IMG/VR virus record: IMGVR_UViG_3300034407_000510
Location: 1 to 56,407 of that record
Length of the DNA: 56,407 bases
Source of the DNA: a virus
Lineage: Duplodnaviria > Caudoviricetes
Strand: one strand, 5' to 3'
The notes beneath the pieces are model-generated. The model saw only the letters and a list, made by a program, of their open reading frames with translations, searched no databases and was not told the origin of the DNA. Each line of letters opens with the position of its first letter. Position 1 is the first letter of the stretch. The position numbers and the translations under genes were made by a program. Below, piece by piece: positions 1-8,859 of the stretch.

Positions 1-123
1 TCTATACCTGAATCCATCAGGTGCAGGGGGTGCATCTAGAGAAGATGGTGGAACCCACACTTTAGGTCTTTCAGATTTTGACCGTGTGTCGTTCGCACGA
101 GAAGTTTTGTTTTCTTTTTCCAT
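1..123 (-). CDS. Conserved head-module hypothetical protein, partial (runs off the window start)
   Basis: ATG at 123 after GAAGGAG SD, 1 nt past the scaffold stop; reads MEKENKTSRANDTRSKSERPKVWVPPSSLDAPPAPDGFRYR with no stop. Confidence 0.7.
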   Translation of the reverse strand, partial: MEKENKTSRANDTRSKSERPKVWVPPSSLDAPPAPDGFRYR

Positions 124-124
124 T

Positions 125-1075
125 TTACGCTCCTTCCTTCGTGATTTTTAATTGTTTTGCGTATTCTTCGAGTGGCACACCTAATTTTTTCGCTATTGCG
201 ACTTGAGACGATGTGAGTCTCACTTGTTTGCGACCAGGCTTTACGCTTCTTGAAGCTGAAGCCACCGTCTGAACGGGGGTGGTCGGTTGCTTTTGTTCAG
301 TATTACCAAATTTATGCGGAAAGTCAACTCTAATACGTTTGTCAACCTCTGCATAATACTCATCAGAATTTGGATCGTATCCTTCTTTTTCCGTTAAATC
401 CTTGTGTATTTCAAAAGCAGTGTATGTCATTGCTTTATCTGTACCAAACCATGAGTTTTTAGATGCCCATGCTTCTGCTTTTGGATCTGGATTAATAGGA
501 TCGTCCATGGCGGATTGTTGTATATTACCGCCTTGGTTAAAGTTCACAGGTGTCTCCGCCTGTGGTTTTTCTTCTCTACCTTGTTTAGCTTGATCAAGTT
601 TTGCATTCTCAAATGCGAGTGTTGCAATTCTCTTATTAGCTTCTACTTGAGCCTTTGCATCACCAGCTTCAATCGCTGCAGCTAATTCTTTTTGTGCAGC
701 TTCTAAACCTGTTTGAATACTAGTCTCAAATTTTTTAACATAATCAGCATCAGTCTTTTCAAATCTTTTTTCTAATGCTTGTCTTTTTTCTTCTACAGCT
801 TTTGCATAATCAATTGCGGCTTGCTCTCTTCTTTCAGCCTCTCTCATTTTACGAGTTAGTTTCGCAATACGAGCTTGAACACCCTTACTGTAGTCTTCTA
901 AATTTTCGTCTTGTTTCTTTTCTTCTGTTTCTTGTTTTATTGGTTCTTCTGCTTTTGTTTCTTGTTCCGGCGCTTCGGTTTCTACAACCGACTCGTCTTT
1001 TACTTCTTCAATATCAACCGTAGCATCAGGTCCTGATGTATCGATGGGTACTGTTTTGTTTTCTTCGTCTGGCAT
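125..1075 (-). CDS. Putative capsid scaffolding protein
   Basis: Acidic N-terminus, long coiled coil, C-terminal helix (AIAKKLGVPLEEYAK); GGAAGGAG SD; in the head module downstream of portal and GroES. Confidence 0.7.
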   Translation of the reverse strand: MPDEENKTVPIDTSGPDATVDIEEVKDESVVETEAPEQETKAEEPIKQETEEKKQDENLEDYSKGVQARIAKLTRKMREAERREQAAIDYAKAVEEKRQALEKRFEKTDADYVKKFETSIQTGLEAAQKELAAAIEAGDAKAQVEANKRIATLAFENAKLDQAKQGREEKPQAETPVNFNQGGNIQQSAMDDPINPDPKAEAWASKNSWFGTDKAMTYTAFEIHKDLTEKEGYDPNSDEYYAEVDKRIRVDFPHKFGNTEQKQPTTPVQTVASASRSVKPGRKQVRLTSSQVAIAKKLGVPLEEYAKQLKITKEGA

Positions 1076-1094
1076 AGTTTACTCCTTCCTATGA

Positions 1095-1499
1095 TTAAAA
1101 CTCATGCAATATGTCCTCTGGACTTTCTATTGTTGCTAAAACTTCGTCGTCGTTTAGCAGACGCATTTCCCCACCATCTATTTTGATTCGGCTACCTGCA
1201 TATCGTGCAAACATAACCCAATCTTTCTCCTTGCACCATGGACCCTCTGGATATCTCTCCTTATCCTTATAACATTGTGGACCCATAGCCATTACTAATC
1301 CAACTTGCGATGCAACTTGTTGTCTTTCTAAAGTTGTTTCAGCTAAATGTATTCCACCTTTAGTTTTCTCTTTCATCTTGAAAGGTAAAACTAAAAGTCT
1401 CCACCCAGTTGGTTTTGGTAATTTTGGTTCTTCTCTTGTAGGTTCTACACCAACAAGTTTATTGTTTGGTGTTAATATCGATGACTGTTGCTTTTCCAT
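1095..1499 (-). CDS. groES: Phage co-chaperonin GroES (Cpn10)
   Basis: PTGWRLLVLP...KTKGGIHLAE...VMFARYAGSRIKIDGGEMRLLNDDEVLA matches the Cpn10 pattern; AAGGAG SD. Confidence 0.9.
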   Translation of the reverse strand: MEKQQSSILTPNNKLVGVEPTREEPKLPKPTGWRLLVLPFKMKEKTKGGIHLAETTLERQQVASQVGLVMAMGPQCYKDKERYPEGPWCKEKDWVMFARYAGSRIKIDGGEMRLLNDDEVLATIESPEDILHEF

Positions 1500-1686
1500 T
1501 TTGCTCCTTATCTTCTAGCAGGTTAGAGATTTCCTGTAGTGTTGCCTCATAGGCGTTTATCTGACCTATTATATACTTATAATTTTCCATACTGTCAACC
1601 CCACCGGACGTTACCGATATTGACAAAGCATCTATTCTAACTCTTAAAAATTTAAGCAGTCGATTTATTACGTTTTCTAATTGCAT
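1459..1686 (-). CDS. Hypothetical protein (75 aa; start moved to MQLENV)
   Basis: GAAAGGA SD before the ATG at 1686; YKYIIGQINAY helix typical of head-module small proteins. Confidence 0.7.
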   Translation of the reverse strand: MQLENVINRLLKFLRVRIDALSISVTSGGVDSMENYKYIIGQINAYEATLQEISNLLEDKEQNGKATVIDINTKQ

Positions 1687-1936
1687 CTTTTCCTTTCTTA
1701 GCAATTGATGCAACTTGGCTTTTACCCATAACTTTAGCTCTTTGTTCCATCACTGTTAGTATTTGTATTTTTCTTGCAAACGGTTTGTTAATACGTTTGA
1801 CTTTTGCAACAGTTGCTCTTGCATCTGCTGGTGTTGCAAATTTTATTTTAACTGTATCTCTAGGATTCTCATCCGTATACAATCGTCTTCCTGAACCTTT
1901 AGGCTTTTTTCCCGTTCCTTTTTTTGGATCCGCCAT
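1652..1936 (-). CDS. Small basic protein
   Basis: AAAGGAG SD; Lys/Arg-rich, 94 aa. Confidence 0.75.
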   Translation of the reverse strand: MADPKKGTGKKPKGSGRRLYTDENPRDTVKIKFATPADARATVAKVKRINKPFARKIQILTVMEQRAKVMGKSQVASIAKKGKDAIRKRNKSTA

Positions 1937-2036
1937 GTAAGACTCCTTTCAAAGTTTTTGCTTGAGCAGCGTGTGTTTTAGATGCTTTCTGCAAACCCTT
2001 CATTACTTTTTTTATTTTTGCTTTTGCTTTTTTCAT
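1899..2036 (-). CDS. Small basic protein (45 aa, not in the ORF track)
   Basis: ATG directly abuts the upstream stop; MKKAKAKIKKVMKGLQKASKTHAAQAKTLKGVLHGGSKKRNGKKA. Confidence 0.6.
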   Translation of the reverse strand: MKKAKAKIKKVMKGLQKASKTHAAQAKTLKGVLHGGSKKRNGKKA

Positions 2037-2318
2037 TTAGCACTTCCATCTTCTACGCGCCTGACGAAGTCTTGAATTAGGATCAGCCGCTGCTTTTGGA
2101 AATTTTTTCATTTGACCGGCGCTTCTCGCGCAGAAGGACTTACGTCTCTTCGCAGCTTTTGATCCTGGCTTGACTTTACCAGTAACCGCTGTTTTTAGTT
2201 TTGAGCCAGGATTTTCTCTTCTATATCGGGCGACCCCAGCTTTTGTCATCCCTGCTCCAGACTTTGTAGATCTGAAATACTTTTTAGTTTTAGGTGGTTG
2301 TCTATCTCTTTTTCTCAT
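2037..2318 (-). CDS. Small basic protein, DUF6321-like
   Basis: GMTKAGVARYRRENPGSKLKTAV...RRKSFCAR...DPNSRLRQARRRWKC; TAATG coupling. Confidence 0.7.
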   Translation of the reverse strand: MRKRDRQPPKTKKYFRSTKSGAGMTKAGVARYRRENPGSKLKTAVTGKVKPGSKAAKRRKSFCARSAGQMKKFPKAAADPNSRLRQARRRWKC

Positions 2319-2599
2319 TATGCCGTCTTCTTTTTCTTTTTAGCAAATGTTGCCGCTCTACTAGGTGTAGGGCCTGTATTCGCTTTTGCTTGTTTTCTTC
2401 TTACGGCACCCGCACGCTGCCCTTTGCTCATCGCTCTTGCTTTTGCAATAGGCACGCATTTTGGATAATTTTTTCTTTTTTCTCCACCACTTCTTCCACA
2501 CTTTGGGTATGAGCCATCCGATTTTTTGTTTGCAATATCGACCCAGTTCTGTTTGACCCATTCTCTCAGTCCTCCGCCTTTTGAGTAATAAGTTCTCAC
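2318..2599 (-). CDS. Small basic protein (GLREWVKQNWVDI/CGR/YPKCVP family)
   Basis: GTG start overlapping the upstream TAG; basic; family of unknown function seen in viruses. Confidence 0.7.
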   Translation of the reverse strand: MRTYYSKGGGLREWVKQNWVDIANKKSDGSYPKCGRSGGEKRKNYPKCVPIAKARAMSKGQRAGAVRRKQAKANTGPTPSRAATFAKKKKKTA

Positions 2600-2847
2600 T
2601 AGACCATCCTAGTTTTTTTCTTTCTATCAGACATGATAGCACCACATCCTTTAGCTACAGCTCCACCGTTGCCATACATATTTCTATCCATCATTCCGCC
2701 ACCCATTGCTTTTTTTCTTTTCTTCTTGCCACCTGGTGTAACTTTACCTGAACATACAGCTGATGCGTACATGTTAGCATATGCTGACGGGTACACTTTA
2801 AATTTTCGCTTCGCTGCCGCTTTACCTCTTGGACAAAGTTTAGCCAT
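2599..2847 (-). CDS. Small basic protein with YPSAYAN motif (DUF5872-like)
   Basis: AKRKFKVYPSAYANMYAS; GG-rich tail; TAATG coupling. Confidence 0.65.
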   Translation of the reverse strand: MAKLCPRGKAAAKRKFKVYPSAYANMYASAVCSGKVTPGGKKKRKKAMGGGMMDRNMYGNGGAVAKGCGAIMSDRKKKTRMV

Positions 2848-3263
2848 TATTTTTTTCCTTTTTTACCGTTGATTACGCCTCTACCTTTTAAGACATCAGC
2901 AAATGTAACTTTACCATCTCCTGTTAGATCAGGAAACTTAGAACCTTTTTTGTAATTCATTCTACGACCCATCATTCCGCCGCCCATTCTACTAGACCTA
3001 GTTTTATCTATACTATCGTTTATCTTAGAAATTTTTTTAACAGTCTCTCCAGTTTTTTTATTAGGAGCAACTCCGTGTCTTGTTCTAACGCCAAAAACTT
3101 CATCTGTATCTTTTCTTCTTCTAGTCAAAGAACCTACAGCTGGTTTTACAGATTTAATGGTTGGTGATTTTTTACCTTTTTTACTAATAGCTGACGAAAC
3201 TATATTTTTTAAATGTGTTACTGGACCTTTTAAAGTATTGAATGCTTTATAATATTTAGACAT
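2847..3263 (-). CDS. Basic protein with a C-terminal EF-hand-like loop
   Basis: FPDLTGDGKVTFADVL fits a Dx[DNT]xDG Ca-binding loop; GGAGG SD. Confidence 0.7.
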   Translation of the reverse strand: MSKYYKAFNTLKGPVTHLKNIVSSAISKKGKKSPTIKSVKPAVGSLTRRRKDTDEVFGVRTRHGVAPNKKTGETVKKISKINDSIDKTRSSRMGGGMMGRRMNYKKGSKFPDLTGDGKVTFADVLKGRGVINGKKGKK

Positions 3264-3649
3264 TATTTTTTTCCTCCGTTTTTAAAAATCTGTGTACCCT
3301 TTATACCATATATAGACGCAACGACAAGGATCCAAAGATTTGTGAACCATGACGGGAGCTGCTGGAATTGCTCAAAGAACATTTTTATCTTTTCTGCTGC
3401 ACCCGGATCGTCGCTGAAGACCCCCCAGGCGATCACTGCTATGGGCAACGTGAGAATTATCAAAACTGCCTCGTCTTTCCAGTCCGATTGTCGGGCTTCT
3501 AGCAATTTTCCTTGGTAAGCTTCCTCACCTCGGGCCATCTTGTCAGCATGCATAAGTTGTGCATCCGCCATCTTCATTTTTGTCTCTTGTTTCTTCTTAT
3601 AGATGTGCGTTGCTGCGTTTAAGCCTAACTTTAGAGCACTAAACCACAT
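3263..3649 (-). CDS. Putative holin (3TM/GTA-holin-like)
   Basis: SDWKDE followed by two hydrophobic segments, LPSWF...VVASIYGIK, basic C-terminus. Confidence 0.7.
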   Translation of the reverse strand: MWFSALKLGLNAATHIYKKKQETKMKMADAQLMHADKMARGEEAYQGKLLEARQSDWKDEAVLIILTLPIAVIAWGVFSDDPGAAEKIKMFFEQFQQLPSWFTNLWILVVASIYGIKGTQIFKNGGKK

Positions 3650-3652
3650 AAT

Positions 3653-3835
3653 TTAGTACGCTTTAGAGTTTCTTTTCTTTTCTTGTAACACTGCACCTTG
3701 ACCTTGAACTTCTAATTCAGGTTTTCCAGTTGCAATTAAGTTAAAAGAACCGTCAGCAGTAGTTTTTGATCTTGGATCTATTTCAGTTTGCTGTTCAGCA
3801 ACTTTAACTTCTTCTATTTTGTCAAGTTTTTGCAT
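3653..3835 (-). CDS. Hypothetical protein (60 aa)
   Basis: AAAAGGAG SD; directly after the portal gene. Confidence 0.7.
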   Translation of the reverse strand: MQKLDKIEEVKVAEQQTEIDPRSKTTADGSFNLIATGKPELEVQGQGAVLQEKKRNSKAY

Positions 3836-3850
3836 TTTTTGCTCCTTTTA

Positions 3851-6304
3851 TTAATTATCCTCTACCATAACTTGTGCTTGTTGTACACCAGTCTTTGCAA
3901 GACTAACTCCAGCACGTAATTTAGCCAAATCTTCGTTCTGTTCCATCTTATCTTCAGCTATTTCTTGTGCTTGCATTAATTTTGCTCTGTTTAAATCTTG
4001 AGTAGCCTCATCATTTTGTTTTTTACGTTCATTTTCCATCGCTCTAAGGTCAACTTCACGTGATTTTAGCTTTAACAGAGGGTCATTATCAAATTGAGAA
4101 GTGATTTGTTTCTCTTCTTTCATGTATTCTTCTGTCATTTCAGCAATTAAGACAGCTTTTCTAGCTTCAATTTGATTTGTAATGTCTTGAAGTTGTGCTT
4201 GTATCTGTGGATTTGTTACTGCTTGTTGTTGCATCATCATCATTTGTTGCATTTGTTCTCTAAATTCAAGTTGAACTTGTTCTTGAGCCATAATTGATAT
4301 GTGTTCTAGTATATTTTTTTGTATTGCAGCCATAATTGATGGATTATTTCTAACCATGTTAGTCGACATAAAGTTTAAATGCGCTGTGATGTGTGCTCTG
4401 TGGTCTTGACCAGGGAAAGCTTGAAATGGTTTCATCGCCATTGCATTGATATGTTCCATACTTGGGTCCATTGGGGCTGTTGGTTGTGGTGGTGGCAACA
4501 CTGCATCAATATTTTTTACACCAATTGCATTATACATGTTTCTATAGATTTGATACATGTTGTGTAACTGTGGATTTGATGTTGCTATTTGTAATTGTGT
4601 TTGTGCAAGTGTAATTCTTTGCGACATTGAAAATATATTTGGATCTGCGACAGGCACAATATCTACTCTGTCATCAAAATCTACTTGCTTAATATTTCTT
4701 TGACCACCCACAACATCGTATGGATATTCTGGTGGTAAATATTTAGAAACAATATTAGCTAATAATTTAAATTCTGATTTCATCGCAGCGTAACATCTTT
4801 TGTGTATTGCGCTCATGACCCTTGAACCACGTTCAAGAAGAGCAATTGTAGTTCCAACTGCAGCTGCTTGGTTACCATCACCCACTTGCATATCAGCAAT
4901 AGCCGCGAATCTTTGACCAGCTTGTACAACGACACCTAATAAATTTAATAATGTTGGTGAAGGCTCTTTGTATGGTAATGGAAAGAAAGCATCTCTTAAA
5001 TTACCACCCGGTGCATCAACATCTTTAAATTCACCTGGTTGTATTGGTGATGCTTCATCTCTAACTCTTACACCTCTTTGTTTAAATCCTGCAGGTAAGT
5101 TAGATAAAGTACCAGCGTCTAATAATTGACGGAGAGCCGCCGTTGCCGTACGACTCAATCCGCCAATCATGTGAATGAGTCCAAAGCCATAAAATCCAAG
5201 TCCTGGCAGAAATTTGAAGTGGACAAAATATTGGATCTTAGTTTTCTTTAGATCATCGGGCGCATAGTTCCTTCTAATAGAAAGAACTTTCCTACTACCT
5301 TCTTCGACTGTTACGATGTAAGGTAATTTTATTCCTGTCGGTCCATCCGTTCCTTGATCTTCAAAACCTTCCAGGTCTAAGTTTACGTGACACTCTAACA
5401 AAGTATAAATCGGTTCTTGTTTACCAGATTTCTTTGTACCTTCTAACTCACGTTCCTTTTTATTTAATTCATCATTAACATCTGTACCAGGAGGTCCTAG
5501 ATCTATGTCAGAATAGAAACCTGATACTTGTTGTTTTCGTAATTCGTTTTCAGAAATTTTTATTGTATGAATAACCGCTTCCGCATCATCTAATGAGGTA
5601 GCTGTATACGGAACGATTAATTCATCTGCTGGTACAAACTTTGATACCGCTCTTCCGAGTGTTGTATCAAAATATACTTTTTTAAAAGTAGAACCAGCTA
5701 ATGGTAAATGAAATAACATCGAATCAAATTCTGATTCGTATTCTTTCATCTGATCCATAATTAAATAATTCATAAAATCTTTTACACGCTCTGACTGTTG
5801 TTCAGTTTGTGGATTTTTAATACCAACGATGTCCGTTCTTACAGGTCCATCTGCAGGTAATAATTCTTTGTAAGCTTGTGCTTGAAACTGTGTAACTGCT
5901 TCTGCAAGAACTGGGTGTGTTGCACCTGATGCACCTTGAAATGGTTCAGTTCTGTTTTCGTATTTAAATCCTAAAAGATCTAAACCTGTTTTATAACTGT
6001 TCTCCCATTCTTTTCTTGAAGCTTTATAGTCCATGTAATTTTGAACCATCTCGTTTCCAATTGGTTCTAAAATATCTTCTGGTAAAATATCTGCTAAGTT
6101 ATCGAAATGATTTTCTGTTCCAGGTATATTGATTGCACCTGGTTCAAAGTCGATTGTTGCACCACCATCTTCTTCTGGTACTACTTCAACCGGTCCTTTT
6201 TCTACGTCTTCCTCCTGAACACTAACTTCTTCTGCCATCTCTTCATCTGAAGGGATGTCAATTTTAGTACGAGTGTTAGGGAGTCCTTTATCTATATCTG
6301 CCAT
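3851..6304 (-). CDS. Portal protein (P22-like podoviral type)
   Basis: 817 aa; HPVLAEAVTQFQA, GSTFKKVYFD, GFYGFGLIHMIGGL, C-terminal Gln-rich barrel; near TerL. Confidence 0.85.
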   Translation of the reverse strand: MADIDKGLPNTRTKIDIPSDEEMAEEVSVQEEDVEKGPVEVVPEEDGGATIDFEPGAINIPGTENHFDNLADILPEDILEPIGNEMVQNYMDYKASRKEWENSYKTGLDLLGFKYENRTEPFQGASGATHPVLAEAVTQFQAQAYKELLPADGPVRTDIVGIKNPQTEQQSERVKDFMNYLIMDQMKEYESEFDSMLFHLPLAGSTFKKVYFDTTLGRAVSKFVPADELIVPYTATSLDDAEAVIHTIKISENELRKQQVSGFYSDIDLGPPGTDVNDELNKKERELEGTKKSGKQEPIYTLLECHVNLDLEGFEDQGTDGPTGIKLPYIVTVEEGSRKVLSIRRNYAPDDLKKTKIQYFVHFKFLPGLGFYGFGLIHMIGGLSRTATAALRQLLDAGTLSNLPAGFKQRGVRVRDEASPIQPGEFKDVDAPGGNLRDAFFPLPYKEPSPTLLNLLGVVVQAGQRFAAIADMQVGDGNQAAAVGTTIALLERGSRVMSAIHKRCYAAMKSEFKLLANIVSKYLPPEYPYDVVGGQRNIKQVDFDDRVDIVPVADPNIFSMSQRITLAQTQLQIATSNPQLHNMYQIYRNMYNAIGVKNIDAVLPPPQPTAPMDPSMEHINAMAMKPFQAFPGQDHRAHITAHLNFMSTNMVRNNPSIMAAIQKNILEHISIMAQEQVQLEFREQMQQMMMMQQQAVTNPQIQAQLQDITNQIEARKAVLIAEMTEEYMKEEKQITSQFDNDPLLKLKSREVDLRAMENERKKQNDEATQDLNRAKLMQAQEIAEDKMEQNEDLAKLRAGVSLAKTGVQQAQVMVEDN

Positions 6305-6313
6305 TTAATACTC

Positions 6314-7534
6314 CTATATGTTCTTAACACGTTTTAATAGACCTGGCAACCCTTGTGGGTTTGGTCCTCTTTCTGGTGGTGGGCCTGATGGATCGCCTGC
6401 TTCTTTTGCAATACCACCGCCTGCAAACATTTTTAAAAATTTTCTAGCTGGACCAAAAGGCACAAGATTAATGAAAGGTTTTAATTTTTGAACAACATTT
6501 GCTCTAGACATAATGTCTTCTGTTGTCCCTACAGCAGCATCTTTTATTTTAGAACCAGGAAGTGCCATAACTTCTGTTGTGGTATCAAAACCTAAATCTA
6601 GAATTTTTCCTTGTAAATTAAATGGATCAACAATAATTGGTTTTAATACATTTGCAGCCTTACTTCCTTGCGATCCTCCAGTTGCAACCGTTTCTGATAT
6701 CTTAAAATTAATATTATCTAGTGCTGTTCTTAAAGCAGAACTAGAATTTTTTTTAAGTTTATTAACAAGTTCTAACTGTTTTTTATACAACGGTTTTAGT
6801 TCATCATTTAATTGTTCTGCAACTTTGTTGTTTATATTTTGAGTTTGGATAGCTAACGCATCAATTGGATAATCTATACCTAATTTTTTAGCTTGAAAAA
6901 TATTAGCAGTGTGTGCAACTTCATATGCTTTTCCAAGACCTGTTTTAGTTTTTATTTTTTTAAGTCTGTCTTCAAGGTTAGATGCTGATAAAACATTTTT
7001 TCTTTTCTTTGCGGCTCTCTCTGCTCCTCCTGTTGATTCTGGACCTCGTTTACTTTCTATAAACTTAAAACCCTCTGATATTAATTCACTTTTACCTTGA
7101 GTCATCCATTTTGGAGTTCCAGCAGTTTTACTTCTTTTTAATTTAAATTCTTTTATAACTTTATTTTTTGCTTCGTTAGGTGTGTCACCAGCTTTAACTA
7201 ATTCTTTAAATTTAATTACTCTTTCATTTTTTGATTGTGTTTGTTTTATGTTACGCTGTTCTAAAGCTTGTATATTACCAGGGTTTCCTGGTTGAAATCC
7301 TTGACGTGTTCTAATATCTGTTCCACCTTGTAATTTAATACGTCCACCATCAGCTCGTGGATTACGTTTATTAAATTGATTAAAAAGATCTATTTGTTGA
7401 ACTTCAAATTTATCTACAGGTTTTGCTAAATCAGATGCAAAAGTTATACCACCACCTAGAAACTCTCTCTTTCTGTTTCTGCCTGTTCGTAGATATTCGT
7501 TTAGCTCTTTGATTTCTTTAGGACCGAACTTCAT
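6314..7534 (-). CDS. Modular putative virion-internal protein with GG linkers and a possible degenerate HNH-like core
   Basis: RADGGRIKLQGG and MFAGGG flank a basic central domain containing EVAH...AIQTQNINNK; between TerL and portal. Confidence 0.6.
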   Translation of the reverse strand: MKFGPKEIKELNEYLRTGRNRKREFLGGGITFASDLAKPVDKFEVQQIDLFNQFNKRNPRADGGRIKLQGGTDIRTRQGFQPGNPGNIQALEQRNIKQTQSKNERVIKFKELVKAGDTPNEAKNKVIKEFKLKRSKTAGTPKWMTQGKSELISEGFKFIESKRGPESTGGAERAAKKRKNVLSASNLEDRLKKIKTKTGLGKAYEVAHTANIFQAKKLGIDYPIDALAIQTQNINNKVAEQLNDELKPLYKKQLELVNKLKKNSSSALRTALDNINFKISETVATGGSQGSKAANVLKPIIVDPFNLQGKILDLGFDTTTEVMALPGSKIKDAAVGTTEDIMSRANVVQKLKPFINLVPFGPARKFLKMFAGGGIAKEAGDPSGPPPERGPNPQGLPGLLKRVKNI

Positions 7535-8377
7535 TATTCTCCTAACATATAACCGATACCGCCACCGCCTGCTTTTTTAACCCTGTTTTCTATAACTTCT
7601 ATAATATCGTCTTCAATACCCATCTCATCTTGTCTTCCAGGTTTGTAATAGATCTCTTTATCACCTTTTTTAATTATGTAACTACCATCTTGAATATCTT
7701 CTGTAACTTCAACACCTTCATGTTTTTTCTTTGTTACCATTTCTTTAACTCTTTTTCCTTTTAACGAAACTAATTTGCCAAGACTCATGACTGTATCTAC
7801 AATCTTAGCTAGCGCTGGTCCTGATATTTCTGCAGCTTTTGTTACAACAGGTGCTGCCATCTTAACACCTTTACCAATTCCAAACGGAAGCAATGATGCA
7901 AGTCCTGCAGCTGCTTTCATAAAAGTTCTTCTCTTAGGATCTTTTGGTCCGTCTTTGTAACCAATACGTCCACCCTCTGCTAAACCAGGAAGCGAAGATA
8001 AGTTTGATACAATGTCAAATAATTCTGCAGTGTTAAAACCAGATAGAATAGGTGCATTTCTGTTTGCAAAAATACTTTTAAATAATCCGCCATCAGGTTT
8101 TACACCAGACATCATTTTAGCTAATAGTCCTTCTTTAAAAGCTGCACGTCCACCGTCTGCTAATGTAATTGATGGTGCGCTTCTTTCTTTTTTACCTGTA
8201 AGATCTTCAAGTGCTTCTTCTAAATCTATTATCTCATCGTCTGTTAAATCTTTTAAAGGTTTACCGTAATATCTTTCAGACAACATTTCCATTACACTGT
8301 TTCTCTCATCCATAATATCAGGAGCTGATGCCATCTGCATAATACCTTCACCTTCTTTTAAACCAATACGTCCACCC
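7337..8377. repeat. Dispersed direct repeat encoding the GGR linker
   Basis: AACCAATACGTCCACCC is identical at 7959-7975 and 8361-8377; AATACGTCCACC at 7337-7348; ACGTCCACC at 8146-8154. Confidence 0.85.
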
Positions 8378-8859
8378 ATTGCTTTGTCGTCTCTCATTTT
8401 ATTTTTTAGTGCTTCTATTTTATCTACTAACTCTTTTGCTTTTTCTCTAAATCCTTTAGATTTAGGATTTAGATTACCAAGTTTTTGTTCTGTTTTTATA
8501 ATTTCTTTTTTAATACTTGACATGTTTGAAATATCATAATCATCAAGACCATAAACATCTGGTCTGTTTTTAGTTTTTACTTCTTTAAGATTTTTACCCA
8601 TGTCCTTTTGCATTCTTGCAAAGATGTTATCAAACATTCCTTTCTGACCAACTTGTTGACCGCCCATAATACCTTTAGATGTATCAATGACATTGCCTTT
8701 CATATCAACAACTTTATTCATGTCTTTAAATCTTGACATTGCTTCTTGTTTGATTTTAATAAGATCAAGTCCTTTAGGTTCTATGCCTTTAACTTTTTGA
8801 TAACCTTTAACCAGTTGATTAAATATTTGTGGTAATGACATTCCAAATTTTATCATCAA
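7534..8859 (-). CDS. Modular putative virion-internal polyprotein with repeated AxGGR motifs and an internal Tat-like motif
   Basis: KAMGGRIGLKEG, LADGGRAAFKEG, LAEGGRIGYKDG, KKAGGGGIGY; KRRTFMKAAAGLASLLPFG. Confidence 0.65.
   Translation of the reverse strand: MMIKFGMSLPQIFNQLVKGYQKVKGIEPKGLDLIKIKQEAMSRFKDMNKVVDMKGNVIDTSKGIMGGQQVGQKGMFDNIFARMQKDMGKNLKEVKTKNRPDVYGLDDYDISNMSSIKKEIIKTEQKLGNLNPKSKGFREKAKELVDKIEALKNKMRDDKAMGGRIGLKEGEGIMQMASAPDIMDERNSVMEMLSERYYGKPLKDLTDDEIIDLEEALEDLTGKKERSAPSITLADGGRAAFKEGLLAKMMSGVKPDGGLFKSIFANRNAPILSGFNTAELFDIVSNLSSLPGLAEGGRIGYKDGPKDPKRRTFMKAAAGLASLLPFGIGKGVKMAAPVVTKAAEISGPALAKIVDTVMSLGKLVSLKGKRVKEMVTKKKHEGVEVTEDIQDGSYIIKKGDKEIYYKPGRQDEMGIEDDIIEVIENRVKKAGGGGIGYMLGE

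Noticed and set aside
1095-1499. GroES without GroEL as a novelty
   Set aside because: Phage co-chaperonins that use host GroEL for capsid folding are well known (T4 gp31, marine phages).
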